Below, piece by piece: positions 1 through 11,520 of a stretch of DNA of 64,000 nt. The position numbers were made by a program, and so were the translations under genes. Numbering within the stretch: the stretch's first letter is position 1; every line of letters begins with the position of its first letter. The stretch is from positions 435,426,001 to 435,490,000 of the forward strand of contig OZ024740.1 in assembly GCA_964016885.1 (NCBI GenBank), in the 5' to 3' direction. The notes under the pieces were generated by a model. That model saw only the letters and a list, made by a program, of their open reading frames with translations. It was not told where the DNA came from and did no database searches. The DNA is from Eledone cirrhosa (taxonomy: Eukaryota).

Positions 1-116
1 AATGTAACTCTAGCTATGTTTTAAAACACCTGTTCTGGAAATATTTCATGGAAGAAAATATGTCATTTCTTCTTATTTTCATTTTTTGGTATATTTTATT
101 TTGCTGATGAGAGACT

Positions 117-1167
117 CTGTAGCTGCTGTTATACTAACATAACTCTATATTACTATAAGCTACACACACTGTAGCTGCTGTTATACTAACATAACTCTAT
201 ATTACTATAAACTACAAACACTATAGCTGGTGTTATACTAACATAACTCTATATTACTATAAACTACAAACACTATAGCTGCTGTTATACTAACATACTC
301 TATATTACTATAAGCTACAAACACTGTAGCTGGTGTTATACTAACGTAACTCTATATTACTATAAACGACAAACACTGTAGCTGCTGTTATACTAACATA
401 ACTCTATATTACTATAAACTACAAACACTGTAGCTGCTGTTATACTAACATAACTCTATATTACTATAAACTACAAACACTGTAGCTGCTGTTATACTAA
501 CATAACTCTATATTACTATAAACTACAAACACTGTAGCTGCTGTTATACTAACGTAACTCTATATTACTATAAACTACAAACACTGTAGCTGCTGTTATA
601 CTAACATAACTCTATATTACTATAAACTACAAACACTGTAGCTGCTGTTATACTAACATAACTCTATATTACTATAAACTACAAACACTGTAGCTGCTGT
701 TATACTAACATAACTCTATATTACTATAAACTACAAACACTGTAGCTGCTGTTATACTAACGTAACTCTCATCATCATCGTTTAACGTCCACCTTCCACA
801 CTTGCATGGGTTTGGACGGGAGGTTTCCCACTTGATGCAAGATTTGTTGTCCTGCTCGTATAGGACTGTCTGGCGGGTTTTCTACGGCTGGATGCCCTTC
901 CTAACACCAACCACGTTTACAGTGTGGACTGGGAGGTTTTTACCGTGTTACCTGCACGGCCACATTACAGCGTGTTATACTAACATAACTCTATATTACT
1001 ATAAGCTACAAACACTGTAGCTGCTGTTATACTAACATACTCTATATTACTATAAGCTACAATCACTGTAGCTGGTGTTATACTAACATAACTCTATATT
1101 ACTATAAGCTACAAACACTGTAGCTGGTGTTATACTAACATAACTCTATATTACTATAAGCTACAAA
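117..1167. repeat. 52-bp minisatellite, interrupted by an RTE 3'-end insertion
   Basis: Unit CTGTAGCTGCTGTTATACTAACATAACTCTATATTACTATAAACTACAAACA repeated over 117-769 and 973-1167. Confidence 0.97.
770..972 (-). mobile_element. RTE-clade LINE 3' UTR fragment (heavily 5'-truncated) with ~20-bp TSD
   Basis: Starts with a (CAT)n tail and is co-linear with the 3' UTR of the RTE at 57632-57845 (GGCTGGATGCCCTTCCTAACACCAACC motif). TGTTATACTAAC(G/A)TAACTCT is duplicated at 750-769 and 973-992. Confidence 0.88.
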
Positions 1168-1329
1168 CCATATAACAGATTTGCTGTAATTAGAAAAGCA
1201 TTATCAAAGAAATAGATATTTCATTGATGTGTGTGTGTATATATATATATATATAGTATTAATTAGTATTAATTATACTATTTATGGTTATGTAAATACA
1301 AAAACCTTTTGCAGTTATATATATTTTTA

Positions 1330-3025
1330 TACATAGATAAAATGATCCCACAAATTAAACACAAGATACACCTTAAACAATGGGGAAATACGGGTGAAGT
1401 TATTGAATGGTTCAAAGATATCAAGAATAATAAGGACAAAAAATTTATTCAATTTGATATCAATTCATACTACACCTCTATTTCCCCTATTAAATAAGGC
1501 ACTATTAATGGCCATGAGCAATAGCGACCTGACTAGAACCCAGATTGATGTCATCCTTGCGGCCCGTAAAACCATAATCACCTTCGAGGACCAACTATGG
1601 AACGGTGGTTTGTACCGCGATGATGCACTTCTACTTATAGAATATAAAAAATTTAATATAGAAAGAACTAGAAAACTATTGCACAAGACATTCAAAAACT
1701 TTAACCTTAGTATCACCATGGACAAAAACACTAAAAATGTTAACTTCCTAGACGCCACACTATACCTAGACTCAAAAATATATACACCTTTCCATAAGCC
1801 TAACGAAAAACTCATTTACGTAGATACCAAGTCTAATCACCCTAGATCAATATTAAACTCTATCTCTAAGGGTGTATCCAATAGAATCTCTAGTCTATCC
1901 TATGACGCAAACATATTTAGCAAAAACTCACAATATTATAATCAAGCATTAGCTAGATCCGGCCATAATATAGAAATTGAGTTCCTACCTAAGAAAACAC
2001 ATAGCTACAACATCATCTCGCACAACATGTCCATGAGGAAACCTAATAATAGGAATAGCAACCACAAGTACACCAAAGCGGAGGGTGCCACCGGAAGTAA
2101 CCATTACCACGGAAACTACCGTAGTGCCTTAGGAAGAAACAACACACCAAACACTAAAAACAAAAATAGAAGAAATAATACATTTTTCAACCCTCCTTTC
2201 AACCTAAATGTCTCCACCAACATACCTAGGGCTTTCTTCTCACTACTAGATAAAAACTTCCCTCTTGGACACAAGTACCACAACCTTTTAAACAAAAACG
2301 CTATTAAAATATCATACTCTACGAAGCCTAACTTAGCATACCACATAGCTAGCAGCAATAAAAGTAAAATTAATTCTTACTTCCAACAAACGAAATCACA
2401 ACAGAATGTAAACCTTCTAAATACCTCTGTAGCAAGCGACCATAGTAACGGCAGTAACAATAGAAATAACACTAGTATAAGAAATAACACTGGGGTCGAC
2501 AACCCGAATGTCCAAAATCCTATAGCTACCACCCAGACTTCTGCACTGCATTATAACCAGCAGACTAACACACAGGATAATTGTAACTGTAGAGCTAATA
2601 GAACCTGCCCTTTAGATAAAAAATGCCTAACCAAGGATATCATATACTTATGCACCGTCACAACTAGCAACTCTTCAGAAACCTATGTAGGCTCCACTTC
2701 TAACTGCTTCAAAATCAGATATAATTCGCACATCCACTCGTTCAAAAAGCACAGTCTAGCCAACTCCACCTCACTATCTAGCTACATACACTATCTAAAA
2801 ACTAAAAATAAACCTTACACTCTCAAATGGGAAGTGATAGGTAGCGCGACTTCGTACAAACCACCTAATAAATTTTGTAACCTCTGTATACTAGAGACCC
2901 ACAATATTATCTTCTCTAACCGTAACCTACTTAACAAAAAATCTGAAGTGTTTGCAACTTGCCAGCACCGCTTCAGACATTCCTTCCAAAACTTTAAGCC
3001 CAATATACAGCAATGTCGGACTTGA
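1330..3025 (+). pseudogene. Penelope-like RT-GIY-YIG polyprotein, frameshifted and internally deleted
   Basis: QWGNTGEVIEWF and QFDINSYYTSIS (RT motif A) in ORF 1309-1497; frameshift near 1490; GGLYRDD at 1604-1624, NFLD, SNHP; CNCRANRTCPL linker; IIY..TYVG..FKIRY..CNLCILE..LLNKKSE..CQH GIY-YIG. RT motif B' is missing relative to the copy at 62694. Confidence 0.9.
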
Positions 3026-4440
3026 ACCAAACACCACCTCTAGCATCAAACACCAGGGCACACCTTATACCACATACCCAACACTAACTGATCTAATATA
3101 ACACAAACAGCGACATCCCTCTAGAACCCTTCGCAGGGCGAATACCCATTTGTACCTCTACCTTAGGTGTGACAACATCCACCCACTTGAACTGCACTAC
3201 ACCGCTCTATAGGTAATTTAAGCATGAATTGATTGTCTTGGTAGTGTTGTGCCTTCGTTGGACAGATGAAAAACGAATTAATCTAGTAACGCTGTTGAGC
3301 AGTATGACCGGTACGCTGAGTGCAGGGAATGAATGTATTGCAACTGGCGTACGGGTTGTACATATATGAATGATTTGATGGTCAGAGTGGGGTCATGAGG
3401 ACTGCGGATTGACCTTTGGTCGGCCCTGGTGATGATTATCTTTCGACATCCAATGTAGCAAGCGATGACCCAGAACTTACCAGAGATCATTGTGTGTTGA
3501 AGTGATTCTGCAATCACCGCGCCTGGTCCTATGAGTAGACTACAACCACAGAGATCATTAATTTAGAACCTTCACTCGTCGTCTATAATATTCATTTGTG
3601 GCACTCTACGATGGGGGTTAATTCACCATAATAATACGAACACCTTCAGCACAACTTAATAGACTACTCTATAGTTAAAACACTTTAAGTTTTAGAAATT
3701 TTTTAGAAATTGCGCATAACCATAGAAGTTAGGGTCTATTTTGAGACACATTTTAATAGTTAGTAATAAAAACCTCGGAGTTACCTCCCCCCATGCATTA
3801 ACTCCCCTTAGCCACACACACACTTCCGGGTAGTATTTCAATGTCGTTTCTCGAAACGTAACATCCTCCTGTATTGAACTAAAGAACATCAGACTACGAT
3901 TCTCTAACTGGATTGTCAAACGCTCAATATCGAATTGTCGTGGATTATGTGAGGGGCATATAATCTGAAAAATAAACTCCCCAGACTATGAAAATGTCGA
4001 AGTGCATGAAGTCCATATCATCCCTTCGCTGTGCATTTCCAATATTTTTAATATTTTTAATGCTTGCACTATTTTTAATGCTTATATCATTTCTCCACAC
4101 ACAGACTATAACAATCATAAAGATTTTGCCACCAGATCAACCAACCTAACACTCTTGTTTACCTACTTAAGTGCTTCTACTACACGTAACTCTCTGCCAC
4201 ACTATATAAACAAGACGCACGTGCTTGCCACACATATAACATTTGCACTATATAACCGCTTATTTTCATGTTGTATTTTAACCTGTATTTTTGATTGTAT
4301 CTTTTAATATGAATGTAATCTCTAAGTGTGTACTGCCACTCTAAATGCTGTAATGAATGTTGACCCACAATATTTGCATATGTATCTGTATGTCTCTTGG
4401 GTGAAAAGGACGTCATATAAGTGTTCATTCATTAATAAAT

Positions 4441-4487
4441 TGCTCCGAAGAATCCAAACCTCGGTTTGGAGGAAACAGTTGTAAGCA
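4441..4487 (+). ncRNA. Minimal type-I hammerhead ribozyme-like motif (variant core) in the PLE pLTR
   Basis: TGCT-CCGAAGA-A-TCCAAACC-TC-GGTTTGGA-G-GAA-AC-AGTT-GT-A-AGCA. Stem I TGCT/AGCA, long stem II, GAAA, short stem III, GUA site. Core reads CCGAAGA instead of CUGANGA. Confidence 0.7.
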
Positions 4488-4556
4488 TAAAAATGTTTTG
4501 AACAGTTCTTTGATTCTTATATTTCATATATTTCATATATATATATATATATATAT

Positions 4557-4603
4557 CATCATCATCATCATCATCATTTTACGTCCGCTTTTCCCTGCTT
4601 GCA
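4557..4603 (-). mobile_element. RTE extreme 3' tail remnant
   Basis: (CAT)n-TTTACGTCCGCTTTTCCCTGCTTGCA matches the tail at 61520-61563; embedded in (TA)n. Confidence 0.7.
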
Positions 4604-4898
4604 ATATATATATTGATGATGATGATGATATATATAGTGTTAGAATGGTTTAAAATACAGAATTACATGTCTAGATTTTGAATTACATACAACAATAATG
4701 ATAAGAGTAAACATATGTAGTTATATATTCATACATGTGTCAGGTCACTCATATTATATATGTATATATGTGTATGTATATATACATACCATACAATACA
4801 CAGTGTGACAATATGTCTATGCCTGCATATACAATATTCCTCAAAGAATCACTTCAACTGATCATGAACATGCTACTTATTACTTCTCCTCCCACATA

Positions 4899-5435
4899 TT
4901 CCTGAGAGGGTTGTGGGGGAAGAGTCCCCAAACCCACCTTCCAGTGGGTCCTGTCAGAAGCAACCATCTCCAACTGATCTCCAAGCATGACTCGCCAAGT
5001 TCATGGATGTTATCCAAATATCTTGCTCAGGGTCTACCCCTGGGTCCCCTGCATGTTGATTTTGCCTGTAAAATCTGTCCAGTGATTCTTTCCTGAGACC
5101 TACTAACCACATGTCCATAGTACCGGAGTTGTTATCTCTCAGTTTAGAGAAGTAGAGGCTCTACCTGGAGTGACTCTCTCATCTCTGAGCTACGTACTCT
5201 ATTGGGTAACGTTACTCCAAAGACCCTTCTGGAGGAACCCCATTTCGGCCGCTTATTACAAAGTCAGCAGATGGTCTGCCAGAACACTTTATTTGCTGAT
5301 CTGAAGTTGGATTCCAGTTTAACCCCAAAGTCCTCCCATGTCTTAACTTTGGACACCATTACTGTCTCTGCTGCAATTCTTTGTCTGCTTGTATTGCAAG
5401 TGCAAGAAGGACATATTTCCAAGCCAAGCTTTGTA
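4899..5435 (-). mobile_element. RTE (Rex3/Expander-like) remnant with the RT core deleted
   Basis: Minus strand encodes KVKTWEDFGVKLESNFRSANKVFWQTI (pre-RT linker) joined at ~5255 to C-terminal RVRSSEMRESLQVEPLLL..QLRYYGHV..PRGRP, with stops. Confidence 0.75.
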
Positions 5436-5639
5436 GCGACCCCTCCCCCCGTGCATGTGCGCGTACGTGTGTGTGTGCGCGTGAGAGAGAAGAGTACAAA
5501 AGGCCTGAAAGAGAATTTGTTTCCAAGATGAAGAAATAGGAAGGTCTCATGTTGTCATCTTTACCATATACATCAACAATGTCAGTCAGGGAAGTGATAC
5601 AGGAAACACAGAATTCCAGTAATCTACTAAATGCATGTT

Positions 5640-5731
5640 TACACACACATATACACATACACATATACATACATACACACACACACACATACATATACAT
5701 ACATGTATATATATATATATACACACTCATG

Positions 5732-5780
<49 letters not shown>

Positions 5781-5965
5781 CTAGAAAAAAGTGTCCAGCT
5801 TGGCTAAAATCATACAAAATAAAACAATACATAAATGGCTGAAGACAGGAAGTCGAATGAAACACACATCATTGCACATATACTTACACACACCTACATA
5901 TACTTACACACACCTACATATACTTGCACACACCTACATATACTTGCTCACACCTACATATACAT
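5640..5965. repeat. (CA)n/(TA)n microsatellites and a 20-bp minisatellite (ACATATACTTACACACACCT, ~4 copies)
   Basis: Direct inspection. Confidence 0.9.
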
Positions 5966-6059
5966 AAGCACATTGTTGTATACACAAATACACACACATT
6001 TCTTGTGCAGTTATCACCAGTAAGACAGATGAGAAAATAGCCCAACTATAAACAATAGT

Positions 6060-6564
6060 TTCCTGAGAGGGTTGTGGGGGAAGAGTCTCCAAACCCACCT
6101 TCCAGTGGGTCCTGTCAGAAGCAACCATCTCCAACTGATCTCCAAGCATGACTCGCCAAGTTCATGGATGTTATCCAAATATCTTGCTCAGGGTCTACCC
6201 CTGGGTCCCCTGCATGTTGATTTTGCCTGTAAAATCTGTCCAGTGATTCTTTCCTGAGACCTACTAACCACATGTCCATAGTACCGGAGTTGTTATCTCT
6301 CAGTTTAGAGAAGTAGAGGCTCTACCTGGAGTGACTCTCTCATCTCTGAGCTACGTACTCTATTGGGTAACGTTAATCCAAAGAACCTTCTGGGGGAACC
6401 CCATTTCAGCCGCTTGTATTCGCGATCGTATTCTTTCGATTATTACCCAAGACTCGTGACCAAAGGTAAAGGTTGGCACAAAAACCGAATTGAAGATAGC
6501 GAGTTTGGCTTTTACACCTACCTCCCTTCTTCTGATTACTGCAGGAGTTGGTGCATTACTGCAG
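6060..6564 (-). mobile_element. RTE (Rex3/Expander-like) 3' fragment
   Basis: Minus strand KAKLAIFNSVFVPTFTFGHESWVIIERIRSRIQAAEMGF. 6060-6415 is nearly identical to 4899-5254. Confidence 0.8.
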
Positions 6565-6612
6565 CAACTCCTGCAGTTCTGGCACTTAATCCAGCTTCTG
6601 GAGAGAAATAAT

Positions 6613-9406
6613 TGCTTCTACTTTTGGCACAAGGCCAGCAATTACCCAGTGCATTACTGGTACTTTATTTTATCGACCCCATAAGGATGAATGGCAAAGT
6701 TAACCTCGGCGGGATTTGAACTCAGACCGTAAAGGGACGTAACTATGCTGGAAAGCATGACGTCCGACCCTCTACCGATACTGCCAATCCACCGCACTAA
6801 CATGGCGTCTGACCCCCTACCGATACTGCCAATCTACTGCCTTAACATGGCGTCCAAACCTCAACCAGTACTGCCAATCTACCACCTTAACATGGCGTCC
6901 GAGCCTCTACCGATACTGCCAATCTACCACCCTGACATGGCGTCCGAACCTCAACCGATACTGCCAATCTACCACCCTAACATGGCGTCCAAACCTCAAC
7001 TGGTACTGCCAATCTACCACCCTAGCATGGCGTCCAAACCTCAACTGGTACTGCCAATCTACCACCCTGACATGGCGTCCAAACCTCAACTGGTACTGCC
7101 AATCTACCACCCTGACATGGCGTCCAAACCTCAACTGGTACTGCCAATCTACCACCCTGACATGGCGTCCAAACCTCAACTGGTACTGCCAATCTACCAC
7201 CCTGACATGGCGTCCAAACCTCAACTGGTACTGCCAATCTACCACCCTGACATGGCGTCCAAACCTCAACTGGTACTGCCAATCTACCAACCTGACATGG
7301 CGTCCAAACCTCAACCAGTACTGCCAATCTACCACCCTGACATGGCGTCCAAACCTTAACTGGTACTGCCAATCTACCACCCTGACATGGCGTCCAAACC
7401 TCAACTGGTACTGCCAATCTACCACCCTGACATGGCGTCCAAACCTCAACTGGTACTGCCAATCTACCACCCTGACATGACGTCCAAACCTCAACTGGTA
7501 CTGCCAATCTACCACCCTGACATGGCGTCCAAACCTCAACTGGTACTGCCAATCTACCACCCTGACATGGCGTCCAAACCTCAACTGGTACTGCCAATCT
7601 ACCACCCTGACATGGCGTCCAAACCTCAACTGGTACTGCCAATCTACCACCCTGACATGGCGTCCAAACCTCAACTGGTACTGCCAATCTACCACCCTGA
7701 CATGGCGTCCAAACCTCAACTGGTACTGCCAATCTACCACCCTGACATGGCGTCCAAACCTCAACTGGTACTGCCAATCTACCACCCTGACATGGCGTCC
7801 AAACCTTAACTGGTACTGCCAATCTACCACCCTAACATGGCGTCCAAACCTCAACTGGTACTGCCAATCTACCACCCTGACATGGCGTCCAAACCTCAAC
7901 CGGTACTGCCAATCTACCACCCTAACATGGCGTCCAAACCTCAACTGGTACTGCCAATCTACCACCCTGACATGGCGTCCAAACCTCAACTGGTACTGCT
8001 AATCTACCGCCCTAACATGGCATCCAAACCTCAACTGGTACTGCCAATCTACCACCCTGACATGGCGTCCAAACCTCAACCGGTACTGCCAATCTACCAC
8101 CCTAACATGGCGTCCAAACCTCAACTGGTACTGCCAATCTACCACCCTAACATGGCGTCCAAACCTCAACTGGTACTGCCAATCTACCACCCTAACATGA
8201 CGTCCAAACCTCAACTGGTACTGCCAATCTACCGCCCTAACATGGCATCCAAACCTCAACTGGTACTGCCAATCTACCACCCTGACATGGCGTCCAAACC
8301 TCAACTGGTACTGCCAATCTACCACCCTAACATGGCGTCCAAACCTCAACTGGTACTGCCAATCTACCACCCTAACATGGCGTCCAAACCTCAACTGGTA
8401 CTGCCAATCTACCACCCTAACATGGCGTCCAAACCTCAACTGGTACTGCCAATCTACCACCCTAACATGGCGTCCAAACCTCAACTGGTACTGCCAATCT
8501 ACCACCCTGACATGGCGTCCAGACCTCAACTGGTACTGCCAATCTACCACCCTGACATGGCGTCCAAACCTCAACTGGTACTGCCAATCTACCACCCTAA
8601 CATGGCGTCCAAACCTCAACTGGTACTGCCAATCTACCACCCTGACATGGCGTCCAAACCTCAACTGGTACTGCCAATCTACCACCCTAACATGGCGTCC
8701 AAACCTCAACTGGTACTGCCAATCTACCACCCTAACATGGCGTCCAAACCTCAACTGGTACTGCCAATCTACCACCCTGACATGGCGTCCAAACCTCAAC
8801 TGGTACTGCCAATCTACCACCCTAACATGGCGTCCAAACCTCAACTGGTACTGCCAATCTACCACCCTGACATGGCGTCCAAACCTCAACTGGTACTGCC
8901 AATCTACCACCCTAACATGGCGTCCAAACCTCAACTGGTACTGCCAATCTACCACCCTAACATGGCGTCCAAACCTCAACTGGTACTGCCAATCTACCAC
9001 CCTGACATGGCGTCCAAACCTCAACTGGTACTGCCAATCTACCACCCTGACATGGCGTCCAAACCTCAACTGGTACTGCCAATCTACCGCCCTAACATGG
9101 CATCCAAACCTCAACTGGTACTGCCAATCTACCACCCTAACATGGCATCCAAACCTCAACTGGTACTGCCAATCTACCACCCTAACATGGCATCCAAACC
9201 TCAACTGGTACTGCCAATCTACCACCCTGACATGGCGTCCAAACCTCAACTGGTACTGCCAATCTACCACCCTAACATGGCATCCAAACCTCAACTGGTA
9301 CTGCCAATCTACCACCCTGACATGGCGTCCAAACCTCAACTGGTACTGCCAATCTACCACCCTAACATGGCGTCCAAACCTCAACTGGTACTGCCAATCT
9401 ACCGCC
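6613..9406 (-). mobile_element. tRNA-derived SINE with tandemly amplified 5' head, 18-bp TSD
   Basis: B box GAGTTCAAATCC (minus, 6712-6723) and A box TGGCAGTATCGG; body homologous to 27665-27807; TSD CTTCTGGAGAGAAATAAT at 6595-6612 and 9407-9424. Confidence 0.9.
6756..9406 (-). repeat. 45-bp minisatellite (~59 units) made of the SINE A-box head
   Basis: Unit CATGGCGTCCAAACCTCAACTGGTACTGCCAATCTACCACCCT(G/A)A; the innermost unit is the SINE 5' end. Confidence 0.95.
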
Positions 9407-9484
9407 CTTCTGGAGAGAAATAATAATGTAAAGAAATGTACAAAAATAACAATGACACATTTATGATGTAGTTAGTAAAGGTAT

Positions 9485-10215
9485 GTTGTTGTGGTTGTTG
9501 TTGGTACTACTGTTACTACTACTGCTACTACTACTGCTGCTACTACTGTTACTGTTACTACTACTGCTACTGTTACTATTACTGCTACTACTACTGCTAC
9601 TGTTACTACTACTGCTACTGTTACTACTACTGCTACTGTTACTACTACTGCTACTACTGCTACTACTGTTACTGTTACTACTACTGCTACTGTTACTGCT
9701 ACTACTACTGTTACTGTTACTACTACTGCTACTGTTACTACTACTGCTGCTACTACTACTACTACTACTACTGCTACTGTTACTACTACTGCTGCTACTG
9801 TTACTACTACTACTGCTACTGTTACTACTACTGCTGCTACTGTTACTACTACTGCTGCTACTACTACTACTGCTAATACTACTACTGCTACTACTGTTAC
9901 TGCTACTGTTACTACTACTGCTGCTACTACTACTGCTACTACTGTTACTGTTACTACTACCACTACTGTTACTACTGCTGCTACTACTGCTGCTACTACT
10001 GCTACTGTTATTACTACTACTATTACTACTGTTACTACTACTACTGTTACTACTACTACTGTTACTACTACTACTACTGCTACTACTACTGCTACTACTA
10101 CTGCTACTGCTACTGTTACTACTACTACTACTACTGTTACTACTACTACTGTTACTACTACTACTGTTACTACTACTACTGTTACTACTACTACTGTTAC
10201 CACTACTACTACTGT

Positions 10216-10261
<46 letters not shown>

Positions 10262-10289
10262 GTTACCACTACTACTACTGTTACTACTG

Positions 10290-10354
<65 letters not shown>

Positions 10355-10695
10355 GTTACCACTACTACTACTGTTACTACTGCTACTACTACTACTACTA
10401 CTACTACTGTTACTACTACTGCTACTGTTACTACTACTACTATTACTGTTACTACTACTTTTACTACTATTACTGTTACTATTACTACTGTTACTACTAC
10501 TGCTACTGTTACTACTACTGCTACTGTTACTGTTACTACTACTACTACTGTTACTACTACTACTCCTACTACTGTTACTACTACTACTACTACTACTACT
10601 GTTACTACTACTGCTACTGTTACTACTACTACTATTACTGTTACTACTACTGTTACTACTATTACTGTTACTATTACTACTGTTACTACTACTGT

Positions 10696-10749
<54 letters not shown>

Positions 10750-10760
10750 AACTACCACCA
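9485..10760. repeat. Compound (ACT)n trinucleotide repeat with GTT/GCT/ATT interruptions
   Basis: Direct inspection; gives poly-Thr, poly-Leu and poly-Val pseudo-ORFs. Confidence 0.95.
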
Positions 10761-11117
10761 CTCTCTCACAGACACAATGACTAGATCTAGGTAAATCTGG
10801 AGTATCTGGTGAGGGGAAGGGGTTAATTGTTATAAAAAAGACTAGAAAACTTGTGATGTTGATGGCGGGGGTGGGGTGGATATTGAACTTTACTTTTGAT
10901 TACAAAGTAGCTGGGAAAAAAACCTTATTTTGACTTGGCTATGTCAGTACTCAATAGACTTGAATTTGTCAGTGTGTGAAAGTACTCAATAGGCTTGAAT
11001 GTGTGTCAGTGTGTGAAAGGTTGTCACTTTAAAATATGTTTGGAAATAATAATTCCAAATTGACCTAAATATTTTGTGAAAAGGAATTTTTGTTGAAATA
11101 TAAGGATTATATAATAT

Positions 11118-11520
11118 AGTTTGCAGGTAGGTGTCCATCAGGGCACCGTCCTTAGTCCTCTCCTGTTTATTAATGCCCTACAGGCTATAACAGAAGAGTT
11201 TAAGACTGGCTGCTCATGGGGACTCCAGTATGCAGATGACCTAACCCTCATAGCTGAATCTATGGCTGAACTAGAGAAGAAATTCCAAACCTGGAAGCAT
11301 GAGAATCAAAAGGTCTTAAAGTTAACTTGTCAAAGACTAAGGTCCCAGTATGTAGAAAGGACGACAGCTGTATAAAAATGTGCAGGGCACTTGAAATTGA
11401 TGGAAGCTATGGAGTAGGAAGGCCCAGGAAGACCTGGGATGAAGTGATAAAAGCTGACCTTGCAAAATTGCATGTTTCAAAGGATCAAGATCTTTGGCGT
11501 TATGCAGTAATAGAGAAAAA
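11118..11520 (+). mobile_element. RTE LINE RT fragment, internally deleted
   Basis: QVGVHQGTVLSPLLF..YADDLTL; KVPVCRK joined directly to DDSCIKMCRALEIDG..GRPRKTW, skipping the PHD and C-terminal segment present at 58022-59332. Confidence 0.88.

Larger units (their letters stand above)
1300..4535 (+). mobile_element. Penelope-like retroelement (Naiad-type), 5'-truncated, flanked by (TA)n
   Basis: RT plus GIY-YIG coding remnant, then ~1.5 kb non-coding DNA ending in a hammerhead-like motif and (TA)n. The 5' boundary is approximate. Confidence 0.85.

Noticed and set aside
2580-3045. Selenoprotein recoding in the first Penelope copy
   Set aside because: Conserved Cys positions use TGT/TGC. Reading through the terminal TGA meets TAG five codons later, and I could not identify a convincing SECIS by eye.
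3425-3520. Box C/D snoRNA (GTGATGA)
   Set aside because: No properly placed CTGA box D before the candidate terminal stem.
5359-5865. Host exon or ORF between microsatellites
   Set aside because: Mostly dinucleotide repeat with no recognisable domain; splice-like motifs alone are insufficient.
5875-5965. 20-bp repeat sharing GTATATGTAG (reverse complement) with the giant satellite
   Set aside because: A low-complexity 10-mer match that easily arises by chance.
6745-9423. MASKPQLVLPIYHPD repeat proteins and antisense ORFs
   Set aside because: Translation of a 45-bp SINE-head repeat; open on both strands and interrupted by stops.
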